A stretch of 64,000 bases of DNA. Source: Patescibacteria group bacterium. GTDB taxonomy: Bacteria; Patescibacteriota; Patescibacteriia; UBA10025; JAHIVO01. The stretch covers positions 129,776 to 193,775 of the forward strand of contig JAQULM010000002.1 in NCBI GenBank assembly GCA_028718605.1. Direction: 5' to 3'. The translations under genes were made by a program, and so were the position numbers. Below are positions 48,866 through 59,721 of this stretch, piece after piece. Below the pieces are notes generated by a model that saw only the letters and a program-made list of their open reading frames with translations, had not been told where the DNA came from and did no database searches. The number at the start of each line of letters is the position of its first letter. Position 1 is the stretch's first letter.

Positions 48866-51076
48866 ATGGCTGAACGAAAAATATTTTCAAACCCAGAAGA
48901 ACGCCAACGTTATCTTGGCGAACTGATAGTGGAATACCACCAGGGCATTGAAAACGCGACACCCGCCGAATTCAAAAACAACCCGGTATTTGACCTGGCG
49001 AATGACGGTTCAATTTCTCTGACCTTAACGCGCGAACGGGTCGAACTGTGGAACCTTGAAGGATGGCTCGCGAATTACAAAAAAGAGGCTGAACACTCGA
49101 CAGGCGGCATCCGCGGCCCGCAAAATATATTGTACCCATGGGATCCCCGCTTCCCCTTAAACCAAATTGGCGTTGCCCTCGCAACACTCGGGAAGAGCCT
49201 CGTGTTGAAAGAAAAACTGCCGGGGCGCGATATCCATAAAATCGTTTCCGGCGAAGTCAGGTACAACACAAAACGATACATCGATATTATTTCGCGAATC
49301 CACGCGGCGAATGGCATCTACACCCACCAAGTTCCCAATAATGAAACCACGGCTGTATGGCTCGTATCATTCGTCATATTCATGCTCGACTACGACGGCG
49401 GTGAATACGTGACCTCGAGCCACGCGATGAGCAGCAAAATCGCGACGAAAGACCTCGACACCCAAGGCAGTCAATTCCTCCCTGAGATGTCGCTTGCTTT
49501 TATCGCAAAAATTGAGGAGATCATTAAAAAAGCGAAGGAGTCGCCTGATGGCTACACGATCACACTCGCCCCGAAAAAAAATCCGCATACGATCCAAGAT
49601 TTCGACGGGTATGACCTGTACATGAACTACTTGCGGGATGGCGTCGCGACGGACGAGAATCTCCAGCTCATCAAAGATGCTACCCAAAACGGCATGCGGC
49701 TGATGTATGAAACCGTCGGTGGGTGCATGTACCGGACTATGGTCCCTTTGCTGAAGAAATTCGGCATCCTCGAACCATTTGAATGGAATAACAAGGAGGA
49801 AGACCCCTATTTCCACGGCATCGGCAAAACACGGCAGACCAACCCGGCAACCGGAAAAGAGCAATACTTCGACTTATCCTGCGACGCGTGCCTCTCGGAA
49901 GTCGTTGACACAATGTACTACGAGCACATCCTTCGTGATAAGCCGATCGGGTATGTCGTACTCATCACCGACCCAGATGGAGACCGGCTCGTTCTTGGGC
50001 AGGTGGAGCCCGCATCAAACGCATCGCTCATCAGCGATCTCGGTTTGTACTATATTCCGATCAATGAAGAAAAAATCGTATCGATTTACCATCCGACGTT
50101 TTCCTTCCTGATGATCATGGATTTCCACATGAAACGCCTCAAACAAACTGGGCATTGGGATGACCACGCGCGGTTCATCATGACCACGACGCCTTCGTCC
50201 CGCGCATGGGATGAATGGGCTCGAGCAAACGGAATGGCGGTCCTCACAACGCCGGTCGGCATCAAGGAAATTGCGAACCTCATGAAGAAAGCGGAAAAAA
50301 AACTATTTGCAAATCCGGCAGAGCCGGTCGTGATGGATGATGTATGGAAGCAAAACATTACGCTCGGTATCGACCCACGGATCGCGTTTGCTGGCGAGGA
50401 AAGCGGTGGTATGGTCATCGGCCCGGAAAATATTATCCAGAGTAAGGCTGGGAGAAAAGCGCTCGCCATGCGGGAAAAAAGCGCTGGCGAAGCGTCGATC
50501 ATCGCGACCGCACTCGCCGCGCATCTTTACCAAGAAAAAAAATCGATGGCTGAATATTTACAGCAAATCTTCCAGGAAAATAACATCAAGTACCGGTACT
50601 ACAACCGCGCGGATATCACCTACTACAACGAGAGCGAACCGGACCCGGTAAAACTTCTTGCAGAAAAAACAGCAGGTGAACAAAAACGCGACGCAATCGA
50701 TCTGTACTGCCTCGGGCTCGCGCTTTCGCTAAAAGATAAGCGCATCACGATCGATGACGCCCGCACAATCCTTGCGGAGGCGATGCCGGAACTCGACTTC
50801 GCGTCGCTCGAAAACATCGTGTTCACTGGCGATGCGACGTACTTCGCGTTCCACAATATGTTCGTACAGATACGGAAATCCGGTACCGATGCCAAGCTTC
50901 GCGGATACAGCAACGGGGACAATAATGAAAAAATCAAGCGATACCTCGACGTCATGGTCCACTACTCCGGAGCGATTACCCCCCTCTATAATAAAAAAAT
51001 CCCTGCAACCTTCCGCTCAACCATCTACGATACGACGAAAAAGCTGTATGATCACTACCTTTACGTGGGTTTATAA
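48866..51076 (+). CDS. Divergent alpha-D-phosphohexomutase (PGM/PMM-like)
   Basis: STGGIRG, TSSHA, DPDGDR, GEESGG, RKSGTD. Confidence 0.8.
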   Translation: MAERKIFSNPEERQRYLGELIVEYHQGIENATPAEFKNNPVFDLANDGSISLTLTRERVELWNLEGWLANYKKEAEHSTGGIRGPQNILYPWDPRFPLNQIGVALATLGKSLVLKEKLPGRDIHKIVSGEVRYNTKRYIDIISRIHAANGIYTHQVPNNETTAVWLVSFVIFMLDYDGGEYVTSSHAMSSKIATKDLDTQGSQFLPEMSLAFIAKIEEIIKKAKESPDGYTITLAPKKNPHTIQDFDGYDLYMNYLRDGVATDENLQLIKDATQNGMRLMYETVGGCMYRTMVPLLKKFGILEPFEWNNKEEDPYFHGIGKTRQTNPATGKEQYFDLSCDACLSEVVDTMYYEHILRDKPIGYVVLITDPDGDRLVLGQVEPASNASLISDLGLYYIPINEEKIVSIYHPTFSFLMIMDFHMKRLKQTGHWDDHARFIMTTTPSSRAWDEWARANGMAVLTTPVGIKEIANLMKKAEKKLFANPAEPVVMDDVWKQNITLGIDPRIAFAGEESGGMVIGPENIIQSKAGRKALAMREKSAGEASIIATALAAHLYQEKKSMAEYLQQIFQENNIKYRYYNRADITYYNESEPDPVKLLAEKTAGEQKRDAIDLYCLGLALSLKDKRITIDDARTILAEAMPELDFASLENIVFTGDATYFAFHNMFVQIRKSGTDAKLRGYSNGDNNEKIKRYLDVMVHYSGAITPLYNKKIPATFRSTIYDTTKKLYDHYLYVGL

Positions 51077-51079
51077 CGT

Positions 51080-51751
51080 ATGATACGCGGCGTTATCTTT
51101 GACATGGACGGGGTAATCATTGACTCGGAACCGCTGTGGGAAGAAGCGAATTCACAATTCCTTGCAAACCACGGTGCAGTTATCCAAAACACGCCCGCGC
51201 AGGAAAAGTTCTGGAATACGCACGTCAGGGGAAGGACTGAGCGTTACGGAATGCGATTGATACAGAAGCGTTTTAAACTCCAGGGCCCGCTCAATAAACT
51301 CATGGAGGAAAAAATTGCGCTCGTGCTCGCTCTGTTCAAACGCAAGCTCACCCTGGTACCAGGTTCACTGCAGCTGATAAAAAAGCTCTCTACCGAAGGA
51401 TTTCGCGTCGGCCTCGCCTCATCTTCACCCCTGCGGGTAATCCAATATGTAATTCGCCGGTACCGGTTGCGGCCGTACCTAACGGCATACCTGTCAGGAA
51501 ACTCGTGCCGGCACGGCAAACCGCATCCTGAATCATTCCTCAGGACAGCACGCCTCATGCATGTCGCTCCCCGCAATACAGTCGTTATCGAGGACTCAGG
51601 CAATGGTGTCACTGCCGCAATACGCGCTGGCATGCATTGCATTGCTTTGAAACAACCGTATATGCCATTGAGTCGCCTCCGTGCTGCGCATGCCATTGTC
51701 CGGAAGCTCAATCGCGCCACCATCGACCAAATAATCACCATTCTGCAATAA
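51080..51751 (+). CDS. HAD family phosphatase (beta-PGM/CbbY-like)
   Basis: FDMDGVIIDSE, KPHPE, IEDSGNG. Confidence 0.9.
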   Translation: MIRGVIFDMDGVIIDSEPLWEEANSQFLANHGAVIQNTPAQEKFWNTHVRGRTERYGMRLIQKRFKLQGPLNKLMEEKIALVLALFKRKLTLVPGSLQLIKKLSTEGFRVGLASSSPLRVIQYVIRRYRLRPYLTAYLSGNSCRHGKPHPESFLRTARLMHVAPRNTVVIEDSGNGVTAAIRAGMHCIALKQPYMPLSRLRAAHAIVRKLNRATIDQIITILQ

Positions 51752-51761
51752 TTACTACGGT

Positions 51762-53291
51762 ATGAAACTCAAACGCCCCCTTGCTTTAATCATCATGGAC
51801 GGATGGGGCATCGGTGAAAACGACGAACACAATCCGATTTTCCTCGCCGATACGCCAAATATTGACTTCCTCATGAAGACATACCCGCATACGATCATCG
51901 GCGCCGCAGGCGAATTTATCGGCTTAACGCCTGGGCACCAGGGATCGTCAGAAATCGGCCATTTGATCATTGGCGCGGGGAGGAACGTACTGCTCCCGCA
52001 AACGCAAATCAAGCATGCGATGGACACCGGCGAAATCATGAATAACCCGGCATACCTGCACTCGCTTGAGGTGCTCAAAAAAACCAACGGCCGGCTCCAT
52101 TTAATGGGATTACTGTCTGACCAGGGAGTGCATTCATACGACAGAGCGTGCCACCTGCTCCTCAAGCTCGCAAAGGACGCGGGCGTTCCGAATGAACGAA
52201 TTTTTATCCATGTTTTTTCGGACGGCCGCGATGTCGGGCCCCAAACTTCAAAACTGTACACCGGCCGGCTCGCTGCAATCGGCATCGGGCGCGTTGCGAG
52301 CATCATGGGCCGGTACTGGGCAATGGACCGCGACCACCGCTGGGAACGGGTTGAAAAAGCGTATACGATGCTCACTGAAGGAAAGGCAGACTATGAAGCG
52401 TCGTCCGTTGAAGCAGCAATTGATATGGCATATAAACGCGATGAAACGGACGAATTCATCAAACCAACAGTTATTCTGCGCGATGGATGTTTCAATGATG
52501 GCGATGTAGTATGGAACTTCTGCTACCGCGTCGATCGTGAGATTGAAATAACACAGGCGCTCATCGAAACAAGCTTCACGGAATTTAAGCGGGCGAAACG
52601 CCCCGCGATCCACTACGTCGCGATGACGGATTACTACGAGGGAATCCCATGCCCGGTCGCATTTGTCCGCCAGTTCCCGAAAAATACGCTCGGTGAAATA
52701 TTGAGCAAAAACGGCCTTGCCCAATTTCGCTGTACTGAAACGGAAAAATGGGTGTACGTTACAAAAATTTTTAACGGCTTGCAGGAGGATCCGTTCCCCG
52801 GTGAAGTTCGTAAATTGATTCCGTCCGACAAAATCGCAACATACGACCTGAAGCCGGAGATGAAAGCGATGGAAATCGCGAAGGAACTCGTCCAGTACCT
52901 GCATCAACGGGCGTTCGACGTGTACATCGTCAACTTTGCAAATCCCGACATGCTCGGGCACACCGGCAACAAAAAAGCCATTATGAAAGGGATCCACGTA
53001 GTTGACACCGCAATCGGGCTCGTATACGAGGAACTTATGAACGTCGGCGGCACCGCACTCATCACCGCAGATCACGGTGATGCAGAAATCATCTGGGATA
53101 AAAAACTCCAGCAGCCGCACACGTTCCACTCCGATAACCACGTCCCTTTTATTTTCATTGATGATGAACACAAAACGGCAACGCTCCGCGAAATGGGCAC
53201 ACTTCGGGACGTCGCACCAACGGTACTCAACTGTATCGGCATCAAACAACCGCCGGAGATGACCGGCAGCTCACTTATTGCACGCCTATGA
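51762..53291 (+). CDS. gpmI: 2,3-bisphosphoglycerate-independent phosphoglycerate mutase
   Basis: IMDGWG, SEIGH, DGRD, GRYWAMDRD, NFANPDMLGHTG, TADHG. Confidence 0.95.
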   Translation: MKLKRPLALIIMDGWGIGENDEHNPIFLADTPNIDFLMKTYPHTIIGAAGEFIGLTPGHQGSSEIGHLIIGAGRNVLLPQTQIKHAMDTGEIMNNPAYLHSLEVLKKTNGRLHLMGLLSDQGVHSYDRACHLLLKLAKDAGVPNERIFIHVFSDGRDVGPQTSKLYTGRLAAIGIGRVASIMGRYWAMDRDHRWERVEKAYTMLTEGKADYEASSVEAAIDMAYKRDETDEFIKPTVILRDGCFNDGDVVWNFCYRVDREIEITQALIETSFTEFKRAKRPAIHYVAMTDYYEGIPCPVAFVRQFPKNTLGEILSKNGLAQFRCTETEKWVYVTKIFNGLQEDPFPGEVRKLIPSDKIATYDLKPEMKAMEIAKELVQYLHQRAFDVYIVNFANPDMLGHTGNKKAIMKGIHVVDTAIGLVYEELMNVGGTALITADHGDAEIIWDKKLQQPHTFHSDNHVPFIFIDDEHKTATLREMGTLRDVAPTVLNCIGIKQPPEMTGSSLIARL

Positions 53292-54079
53292 TCGGCATAT
53301 TTGACTCTGGCATCGGTGGCCTGACCATCGTACGCGAAGTATTCAAGCAGCTCCCGGACCGGCAGCTGGTATATTTTGGCGACACCGCGCGTACTCCGTA
53401 CGGAAATAAAAGTGCAGACACCATTATCCAGTATGCGCTCGAGGATACGGAATTCCTCCTCTCTCAGGGCGCAAAAATCATCGTTGTCGCATGCAATACC
53501 GCGTCAGCAGTTGCCACCGACGCAATCAAAAAACGGTACCCCGACGTACCACTGTTCGAGGTGATCACCCCTGCCGTATCGGCGGCGGTCAAACGCACCA
53601 AAAACAGACGGATTGGCGTTATCGGCACCCGGGCTACGGTACAGAGCATGATTTACCAAAAAAAAATCGAAATGATGCACAATGACTGTACGATCATCAG
53701 CAAACCATGCCCGCTCTTCGTCCCCCTCGTGGAGGAAAATTTTATCAACGACCCGATCACGAAGATGATCGCGCGGCGCTATTTGCGCCCCTTGCGCTTG
53801 CAACAGATCGACACGCTCATCCTCGGCTGTACCCACTACCCGTTGATTAAAAGCATCATCCAAATTAAAATCGGCAAACGCGTATCGCTGATCGACCCAG
53901 CAGAGCAAACAGTCGCTGAGCTTAAAAAGTACATCGAGGAGCATCCTGATATCGAGCGCCAACCGCCGAAAAACAGCGAACACCACTTTTTCTTCAGTGA
54001 CGTAGCGCCCCACCTCAAGCAACTTGCGGCGCAGTGGCTTGATACAAAAATACAGCCTCTGCTCCACCGCCTCCGCTAA
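53288..54079 (+). CDS. murI: Glutamate racemase
   Basis: FDSGIGGLT, ACNTAS, LGCTHYP. Confidence 0.96.
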   Translation: MIGIFDSGIGGLTIVREVFKQLPDRQLVYFGDTARTPYGNKSADTIIQYALEDTEFLLSQGAKIIVVACNTASAVATDAIKKRYPDVPLFEVITPAVSAAVKRTKNRRIGVIGTRATVQSMIYQKKIEMMHNDCTIISKPCPLFVPLVEENFINDPITKMIARRYLRPLRLQQIDTLILGCTHYPLIKSIIQIKIGKRVSLIDPAEQTVAELKKYIEEHPDIERQPPKNSEHHFFFSDVAPHLKQLAAQWLDTKIQPLLHRLR

Positions 54080-54097
54080 TGCACCCAGGAGGATGCC

Positions 54098-56617
54098 TTA
54101 GGAATCTTGCGAGGAAAGATCGCCCAAATCATGGCCTCCCGCCGCCGGTTGGGCTGGTTTCTGTTCCGGCACCGCACCTTTGCGCGTTTGCTTCGGGACA
54201 GACCGCCTACGATCCTGCCGTCCAGTTTCCCGTTTTTTCGGCATTCTGCCTTTTTCTGGCAGCGCCGCTTCGGCCGCTGCTGGTTCCTGCCCTTTTCCCC
54301 GAATTTCTGAAGCACCTCCGGAAACACCCTCGTCAACCGCTTCGAGCGTGATCACCGTGCCCTTTCCGGGAAGCGTCGGCGCTGCAGCCGCTTCTTTTGG
54401 TTTGAGCTCAACCTTCAATCGAATCAACCCTTGCCGCCTACCGACGGTAATCGGGCGGCTTTTAAACGTCTCGTATCCGTTCTTCACGGCGACGAGGTAG
54501 TATGAACCAGGGGCTACGAGTGCAGTGAACTGGCCACGGCTATTCGTCACGCGAGTACCCAGAAGCGTGCTCTTCTCTGCATTATAAATCCTGACGACTG
54601 CCATAGAAATCGGCTCGCCAGTTTCAGCGTCCTGCGTTACGCCCCACGACCGTTCGAGGATCCCGCCGATGAGATATTTAATGAAAATCAGCGCCGTATA
54701 CAAACTTAATATGGCATAATTGGCAATCACAGGATCGAGTACGAGCGCAAGCCAACTCAATACAGTGCCAGTAATCAACAGTGGCGTACTGACTCGCTCA
54801 AGTATAAACCCGATGCGATTCAGGATGCGCAGCCATCGCAACCGTGACTCTGGCACGGCTTCGGTATCCGGGTCTATCGGGATATTAATATTGAGCGTAC
54901 CTGCATCTTTCTCGCTGACCGTAAACGTATCCCCCCGGTAAATATTTTCATACTGGCTGATAGCTGCTGTTTTTAAAATATGTGACGGAAAAATATACCC
55001 GGGACGCACCACGGTCACGTAATACTCCCCCGGCTCAACCAAAAAGCCGAATCGGCCCTGCGCGTCGGTGATCTGGCTCTCCCGGAGTTTATTGAATTCG
55101 CGGGAAAAAATTCTCACAATCGCACGGCGGATTGGCCGGCCTGTCGTGCTGTCGAATACCGATCCCCACGACCGCTTGCGCTTGCCAAAGGCGACCGGCG
55201 CGAGCCACAGGTAGCTGAACCTGAAAAATAAATATATAATGTTTATTAACTGGAAAGACGTAATGGTAGTCGCCGTGACACCCGTTGCAACAATAATGGC
55301 GGCGGTCGTTACGGAAGGCTCAACAATCTGGTTCAGGATCGACGTGACGGTCGGGTTATTGCGAATATCGCCAATGGTATTGCCGATGGCATCCGTAATG
55401 GCGCGGATCGGCTTCGGGAGCGCTTCTTCGATTTTATCCAGTATCTTCGCTGCCGGTGGCGCGGTATCGTCATTGGTTTGGGGGGTACTTCCGTCATCGC
55501 CCGGCTGTCCATCCGGCGGAACTGGCGTCGTTGGGGCGCCAATAGTAAATGACTCCGATGCGCTGGTACTATTGCCCGCGAAGTCGTATGCGAGCGCACG
55601 GACAGTATGTTTGCCATCAGCTAATTCGGGGAGTGTATACGGCGTTGTCGCACCGACGTCAACCAGAACAACCGCGAGTCCGTCAACTGATATACCATAG
55701 TGGTGGATGCCGGATGTCGCATCGGTCGTTTCAAAACTGATGCGCGGCGTTTTATTTTGCGTTCGCTTCCCATCAAGGAGGTCGATCGAGAATTCGAGCG
55801 GAGGAGTTCTATCAATCTGGACCTTATAGTGCCCTGCTGGGCCCCAGCCATCCTCATTCTCCGCGCGAACGTGGAAATACCACGTCCCGTCACCCGTTTC
55901 CGTATAGCTTGACGACCGGCCAGTCGTATCGCGAATTGTATCAGGAGTGGTGCTTGCTTGGTCGTCAAATGCGTAGCTGAAACCAGTGACGCCGCTTTGC
56001 TGCGTCCATTCGAATGTACTGTCAGCAACCGCATACCACAGTGCTTGCTCAGGATGCGTCGGAGAGGTGATCGTCGGAGCTACGGGGAGATGCTTCTCCT
56101 CTTCAGGTGGCGGCGGGGGGGGCGGAGGTGGCTCGCCTGGTTCTGAAACTGTATATGTTCCTCCCGCACTGCCAGTGAGTACATTGGTGCCCAATCCGTC
56201 GTTCGCGAGCACGCTCGCTGAACCGATCGTCACATTTGCTGTACCCGCTACTAACGCGTGAAATGTAATAGTGATAATCCCGCCGCCAGAACCGGTATAC
56301 CCTGGATTGGGCACGCCTCCCGCGAATGTTATAGTGCCGCTCGCATTCGAGTACGAAGGCGTGACCGGCCATAATGAAAATACTCCCGCTTGGGAAATGG
56401 CGGTTACCTCGAGAATATCATTAGGGTATGTTACGGTCGCCTGGGCTGAATTGATCGCAACCCCCGCCGTATTGACGCCGACAGAGACATTAAAGCTCCC
56501 GCCAACGGTCGGAGAAGCGGACGACGGTGCGAGATAGAGCGTTGCTGCATGCGCGGCAGCAGGAAACAGTACGCAACATGCAACAATCCAAAGTGCTATG
56601 GAAAAACGCCGTGCCAT
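54098..56617 (-). CDS. Membrane-anchored cohesin + Ig-like protein with carboxypeptidase-regulatory-like domains
   Basis: Signal peptide; cohesin-like INSAQATVTYP..GTITFAGG..VLANDGLGT; SPTHPEQALWY; WGSVFDS..PIRRAIVRIF. Confidence 0.75.
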   Translation of the reverse strand: MARRFSIALWIVACCVLFPAAAHAATLYLAPSSASPTVGGSFNVSVGVNTAGVAINSAQATVTYPNDILEVTAISQAGVFSLWPVTPSYSNASGTITFAGGVPNPGYTGSGGGIITITFHALVAGTANVTIGSASVLANDGLGTNVLTGSAGGTYTVSEPGEPPPPPPPPPEEEKHLPVAPTITSPTHPEQALWYAVADSTFEWTQQSGVTGFSYAFDDQASTTPDTIRDTTGRSSSYTETGDGTWYFHVRAENEDGWGPAGHYKVQIDRTPPLEFSIDLLDGKRTQNKTPRISFETTDATSGIHHYGISVDGLAVVLVDVGATTPYTLPELADGKHTVRALAYDFAGNSTSASESFTIGAPTTPVPPDGQPGDDGSTPQTNDDTAPPAAKILDKIEEALPKPIRAITDAIGNTIGDIRNNPTVTSILNQIVEPSVTTAAIIVATGVTATTITSFQLINIIYLFFRFSYLWLAPVAFGKRKRSWGSVFDSTTGRPIRRAIVRIFSREFNKLRESQITDAQGRFGFLVEPGEYYVTVVRPGYIFPSHILKTAAISQYENIYRGDTFTVSEKDAGTLNINIPIDPDTEAVPESRLRWLRILNRIGFILERVSTPLLITGTVLSWLALVLDPVIANYAILSLYTALIFIKYLIGGILERSWGVTQDAETGEPISMAVVRIYNAEKSTLLGTRVTNSRGQFTALVAPGSYYLVAVKNGYETFKSRPITVGRRQGLIRLKVELKPKEAAAAPTLPGKGTVITLEAVDEGVSGGASEIRGKGQEPAAAEAALPEKGRMPKKRETGRQDRRRSVPKQTRKGAVPEQKPAQPAAGGHDLGDLSSQDS

Positions 56618-56626
56618 AGGAATGCG

Positions 56627-57766
56627 CTACCGTTTACGATTTGAGCGGAGCCCAAGCAGCAAAAGCGCTGAGAGCAGCAGTATCGCTGCAAGCGCAAAAA
56701 GTATTTTCGTGCCGTACGCCTGGACTGTACCCCGAGTACTCCGCTGATAGAATTGGTAGGTTGTCGAGTTGCCGGCAACGTCATATGCGACGACGCGGAC
56801 TGTTTGCAAATTATCTGAGCTCTGGAGCACATGGGGAGATACTGCACGCTGGGTTCGGGTGCCGGCTTCGTACACATCGTAGTGGTCAATGCCTGACATC
56901 TTATCGGTCGCCGAAAATACAATAAACGCCTTCCCCCCGTACAGCGTCGGCTCTGCTGATGAAAAAGCGGTAACCGTCCCCGGAGAGGTGCCGTCGATCA
57001 TGACGCGGCGGCTGCCGGCAATCTTCCATTCTTCGCCGGGAAGCTTTTCACGCAGGATAAAGTAATGGACGCCGTCGGCGAGATTTAAAAATGTCACAGT
57101 ACCAACAACGTCTTCACGATCATCATCCGGTATCTCGCTGACTGAATCACTGACGACATAGCTGTATCCTGCACCTGGCGTAGCAGTCCAATTGACCGTG
57201 AAATCACGCTCCCGGTACCACGTCTTCTCTGAAGGGTGCGTGGGCGAAATAATAGAAAACGACGTCGCAGGCGTGATATCAACTATTCCTGAATTCAACG
57301 TCAGCGGAGCTTCGGTCCCAAGTCCATCGTTTAACAGGACGTGTGTCACATCATCTTGAAAACCAATCTCCACCCCGCCAGTTGCGAACGCCTGGAATGT
57401 AATCGTGACAACAATTCCGCCAGAAACGTAGCTGCCGCTCGGGATGCCGCCAATCATGGTGATAACGCCTGCCTCTCGGTCAACCGCCGGCTCCTCAGGC
57501 CAGAGCGTCAAAAATGATCCACCGCGTGATACGCCAATAACCTCCAACATATCTGCCGGATAGGTAACCGCTGCCTCAACAGCATTGATCACCTGCTGAT
57601 CGCTGGATATATGCACGAGAACATCAAAAACCTTACCCTGTTCGAATTTCTTCTCTGCTGCATCCGCAGAAAGTGACGCAGCATCCGCATGATGGGCGAT
57701 GGCAGACACGCCTGCGATGATGCCAGTTACAATGCACACGATGTATAAATATCTCTTCATACGCAT
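56627..57766 (-). CDS. Cohesin-domain surface protein with C-terminal TM anchor
   Basis: INAVEAAVTYP, VLLNDGLGT, SPTHPSEKTWY, SGIDHY; paralogous to the N-terminus of the downstream gene. Confidence 0.75.
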   Translation of the reverse strand: MRMKRYLYIVCIVTGIIAGVSAIAHHADAASLSADAAEKKFEQGKVFDVLVHISSDQQVINAVEAAVTYPADMLEVIGVSRGGSFLTLWPEEPAVDREAGVITMIGGIPSGSYVSGGIVVTITFQAFATGGVEIGFQDDVTHVLLNDGLGTEAPLTLNSGIVDITPATSFSIISPTHPSEKTWYRERDFTVNWTATPGAGYSYVVSDSVSEIPDDDREDVVGTVTFLNLADGVHYFILREKLPGEEWKIAGSRRVMIDGTSPGTVTAFSSAEPTLYGGKAFIVFSATDKMSGIDHYDVYEAGTRTQRAVSPHVLQSSDNLQTVRVVAYDVAGNSTTYQFYQRSTRGTVQAYGTKILFALAAILLLSALLLLGLRSNRKR

Positions 57767-57767
57767 A

Positions 57768-58679
57768 TTATCCTGTCCAATAGTACAGCATGATGCTGAA
57801 ATCAATGATGTCGACCGTTCCGTCTTGGTTAATATCGGCACGGGCATTGCTTGGATTTGAAGCATTCCAATAAAACAGCATGATACTAAAATCGATCAAG
57901 TTTACCGCTCCATCGCAATTGATATCACCAGGAACCGCCCCTGCACAAACATCAGGCTCGCCGGTCCCTGTCACATCAAACGACACGGTATCGCTGAACT
58001 CTGACACTGCTTGGGATATCGGTTCGGTTGCCTGTGCTTTTGCTGAATGGGTCCCCTCAACCAAATCATCCGCATTGAAAAGCTGCAGCCACCGGCCATT
58101 GGTATCCGAACTCGCGATATGAACGGCGATTTTCGTCGGATTCGAGCCCGCTCCTGCACCGACTTGCGGGGAGGTCAGCGTCACATTGACTGTGCTTTCG
58201 GGGGCAGTTGTGCCGGAGAGCGTGACGGTTTCACCGGGACCGATGCTTGGCGGAGTCCTCGTAATCGTTGGCCCGAGAAAAATCCCGCTGATTGTTGTTG
58301 TGCTTCCCTTGGAAAGCAGCAGGGTAAAATTCGACACGCGCCCGCGCGTACCATTGACGTCGGTTCCGTATACGCTGAATGTATACGTGCCAGGATCAAC
58401 AATCACCGATACTTCAAACCGCGCCTGGGAATTTGCCGTAATGATTGAAATCGGTGTTCCGTCCTGCGTTATGGTAATGGTTGATCGGGGATATGCGATT
58501 CCGCTGAATACAACGGTCGTATCAGGCTCTTCGATCGGCGGTTTCTCGGGAACCGTCGCCGTGACAGTTACCTGGTAGGAAACCTGGGCAATCGCAAACG
58601 AATATCCCGCGACCACAATGATCAACGGGATAATCGATGCAAAAATGCGCCGAAATATTACATAACTTGATTGCCGCAT
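57768..58679 (-). CDS. Secreted Ig-like protein with C-terminal dockerin
   Basis: GDINCDGAVNLIDFSIML..ADINQDGTVDIIDFSIML. Confidence 0.8.
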   Translation of the reverse strand: MRQSSYVIFRRIFASIIPLIIVVAGYSFAIAQVSYQVTVTATVPEKPPIEEPDTTVVFSGIAYPRSTITITQDGTPISIITANSQARFEVSVIVDPGTYTFSVYGTDVNGTRGRVSNFTLLLSKGSTTTISGIFLGPTITRTPPSIGPGETVTLSGTTAPESTVNVTLTSPQVGAGAGSNPTKIAVHIASSDTNGRWLQLFNADDLVEGTHSAKAQATEPISQAVSEFSDTVSFDVTGTGEPDVCAGAVPGDINCDGAVNLIDFSIMLFYWNASNPSNARADINQDGTVDIIDFSIMLYYWTG

Positions 58680-58682
58680 GTA

Positions 58683-59684
58683 CTACCCTTTTGATTTCTT
58701 TACAATCCAAGCGTTGTACCTCTTAATTGCGAGAATCAACAGAAGGACGGCGATCACGATCACGATGCCCCAAACGAGAAGTACCCGCCATGGTATGATC
58801 CAATACGATACCGATGCCTGATCGGACACGCTGTCGGAAGTTCCTGCTGTTACTGAAAGTTTCGCGGTATATTTCCCCAAGGCAAAATTATTCTTCTCGT
58901 TGCCGTACTCCTTCCAGAACGCCGTCCAGGCGTTGCCTGCCGTATCCCCGACTTGTCCGCGCTCCCAGACAGCCTCGTAGCGCCGGGTAGAATCGCGGAG
59001 AGTCGCACCGCGGCCTGCATTGAACTCTATCGTATCGCTCACCTTCCCGAACATGTTCGAGACTGCGATCGTTCCCGTCGGCCTCAGGTGGACATTACCC
59101 GTGTTCTTGAACCGGGCAAAAAACTGCACCGGAGGACGATTGAGCACATGTTTGCTACCGACGACATTGAACTCGGCAATCGAACCTTGCTCGCTGACAT
59201 CGCCGGCAACTTTCGCTAAAAGGAGTGTCCCGACTTTTGACGAAATCTTGATCTGGCCTGCTTCGGGAGGGGTTGATGTAAAGAATAGGGACGCATAGTG
59301 GCCGCCCGGATCTGCATCGGACGGTGTCGAAATTGTCACCGGAACCTCATATCGCTCATTCGGAGCGATGACAATGGGACCCTTTTCGACAGAAACCCAG
59401 CTGCTCAAACCAACCTGCTCAGCATTAAAATCAAATGTCGGCTGGCCTGTCTCCCCCTGGGCTGTAAAATTCCGCGCTTCAGTATACAGCTGAAGGGTAT
59501 TGGCGGTCTCATTGAACAACTTAACGATCGTCTGGGATGTCTGTCCCGGTGTCAGAGAAATTTCGAGCGACGGCGGTATGAGCGTAATCGCATGCGCAGG
59601 ATAGGCGAATACGATGCTGCCCACTGCCACGATGAGTGCACAGAACGCTATACTGCAGATAAATTGTCGAGCAGACTTAACCAT
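58683..59684 (-). CDS. DUF916-like (WxL-interacting/chaperone-like) membrane protein
   Basis: LIPP..LTPG, ADPGGHYA, FKNTGNVHLRPTGTI, GKYTAKL, C-terminal TM. Confidence 0.7.
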   Translation of the reverse strand: MVKSARQFICSIAFCALIVAVGSIVFAYPAHAITLIPPSLEISLTPGQTSQTIVKLFNETANTLQLYTEARNFTAQGETGQPTFDFNAEQVGLSSWVSVEKGPIVIAPNERYEVPVTISTPSDADPGGHYASLFFTSTPPEAGQIKISSKVGTLLLAKVAGDVSEQGSIAEFNVVGSKHVLNRPPVQFFARFKNTGNVHLRPTGTIAVSNMFGKVSDTIEFNAGRGATLRDSTRRYEAVWERGQVGDTAGNAWTAFWKEYGNEKNNFALGKYTAKLSVTAGTSDSVSDQASVSYWIIPWRVLLVWGIVIVIAVLLLILAIKRYNAWIVKKSKG

Positions 59685-59721
59685 AGCTCGTTAATTTTAT
59701 CACCGATGGTAAATGGGGAGT

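Noticed and set aside
52248-53249. 333-aa minus-strand ORF
   Set aside because: Antisense shadow of gpmI
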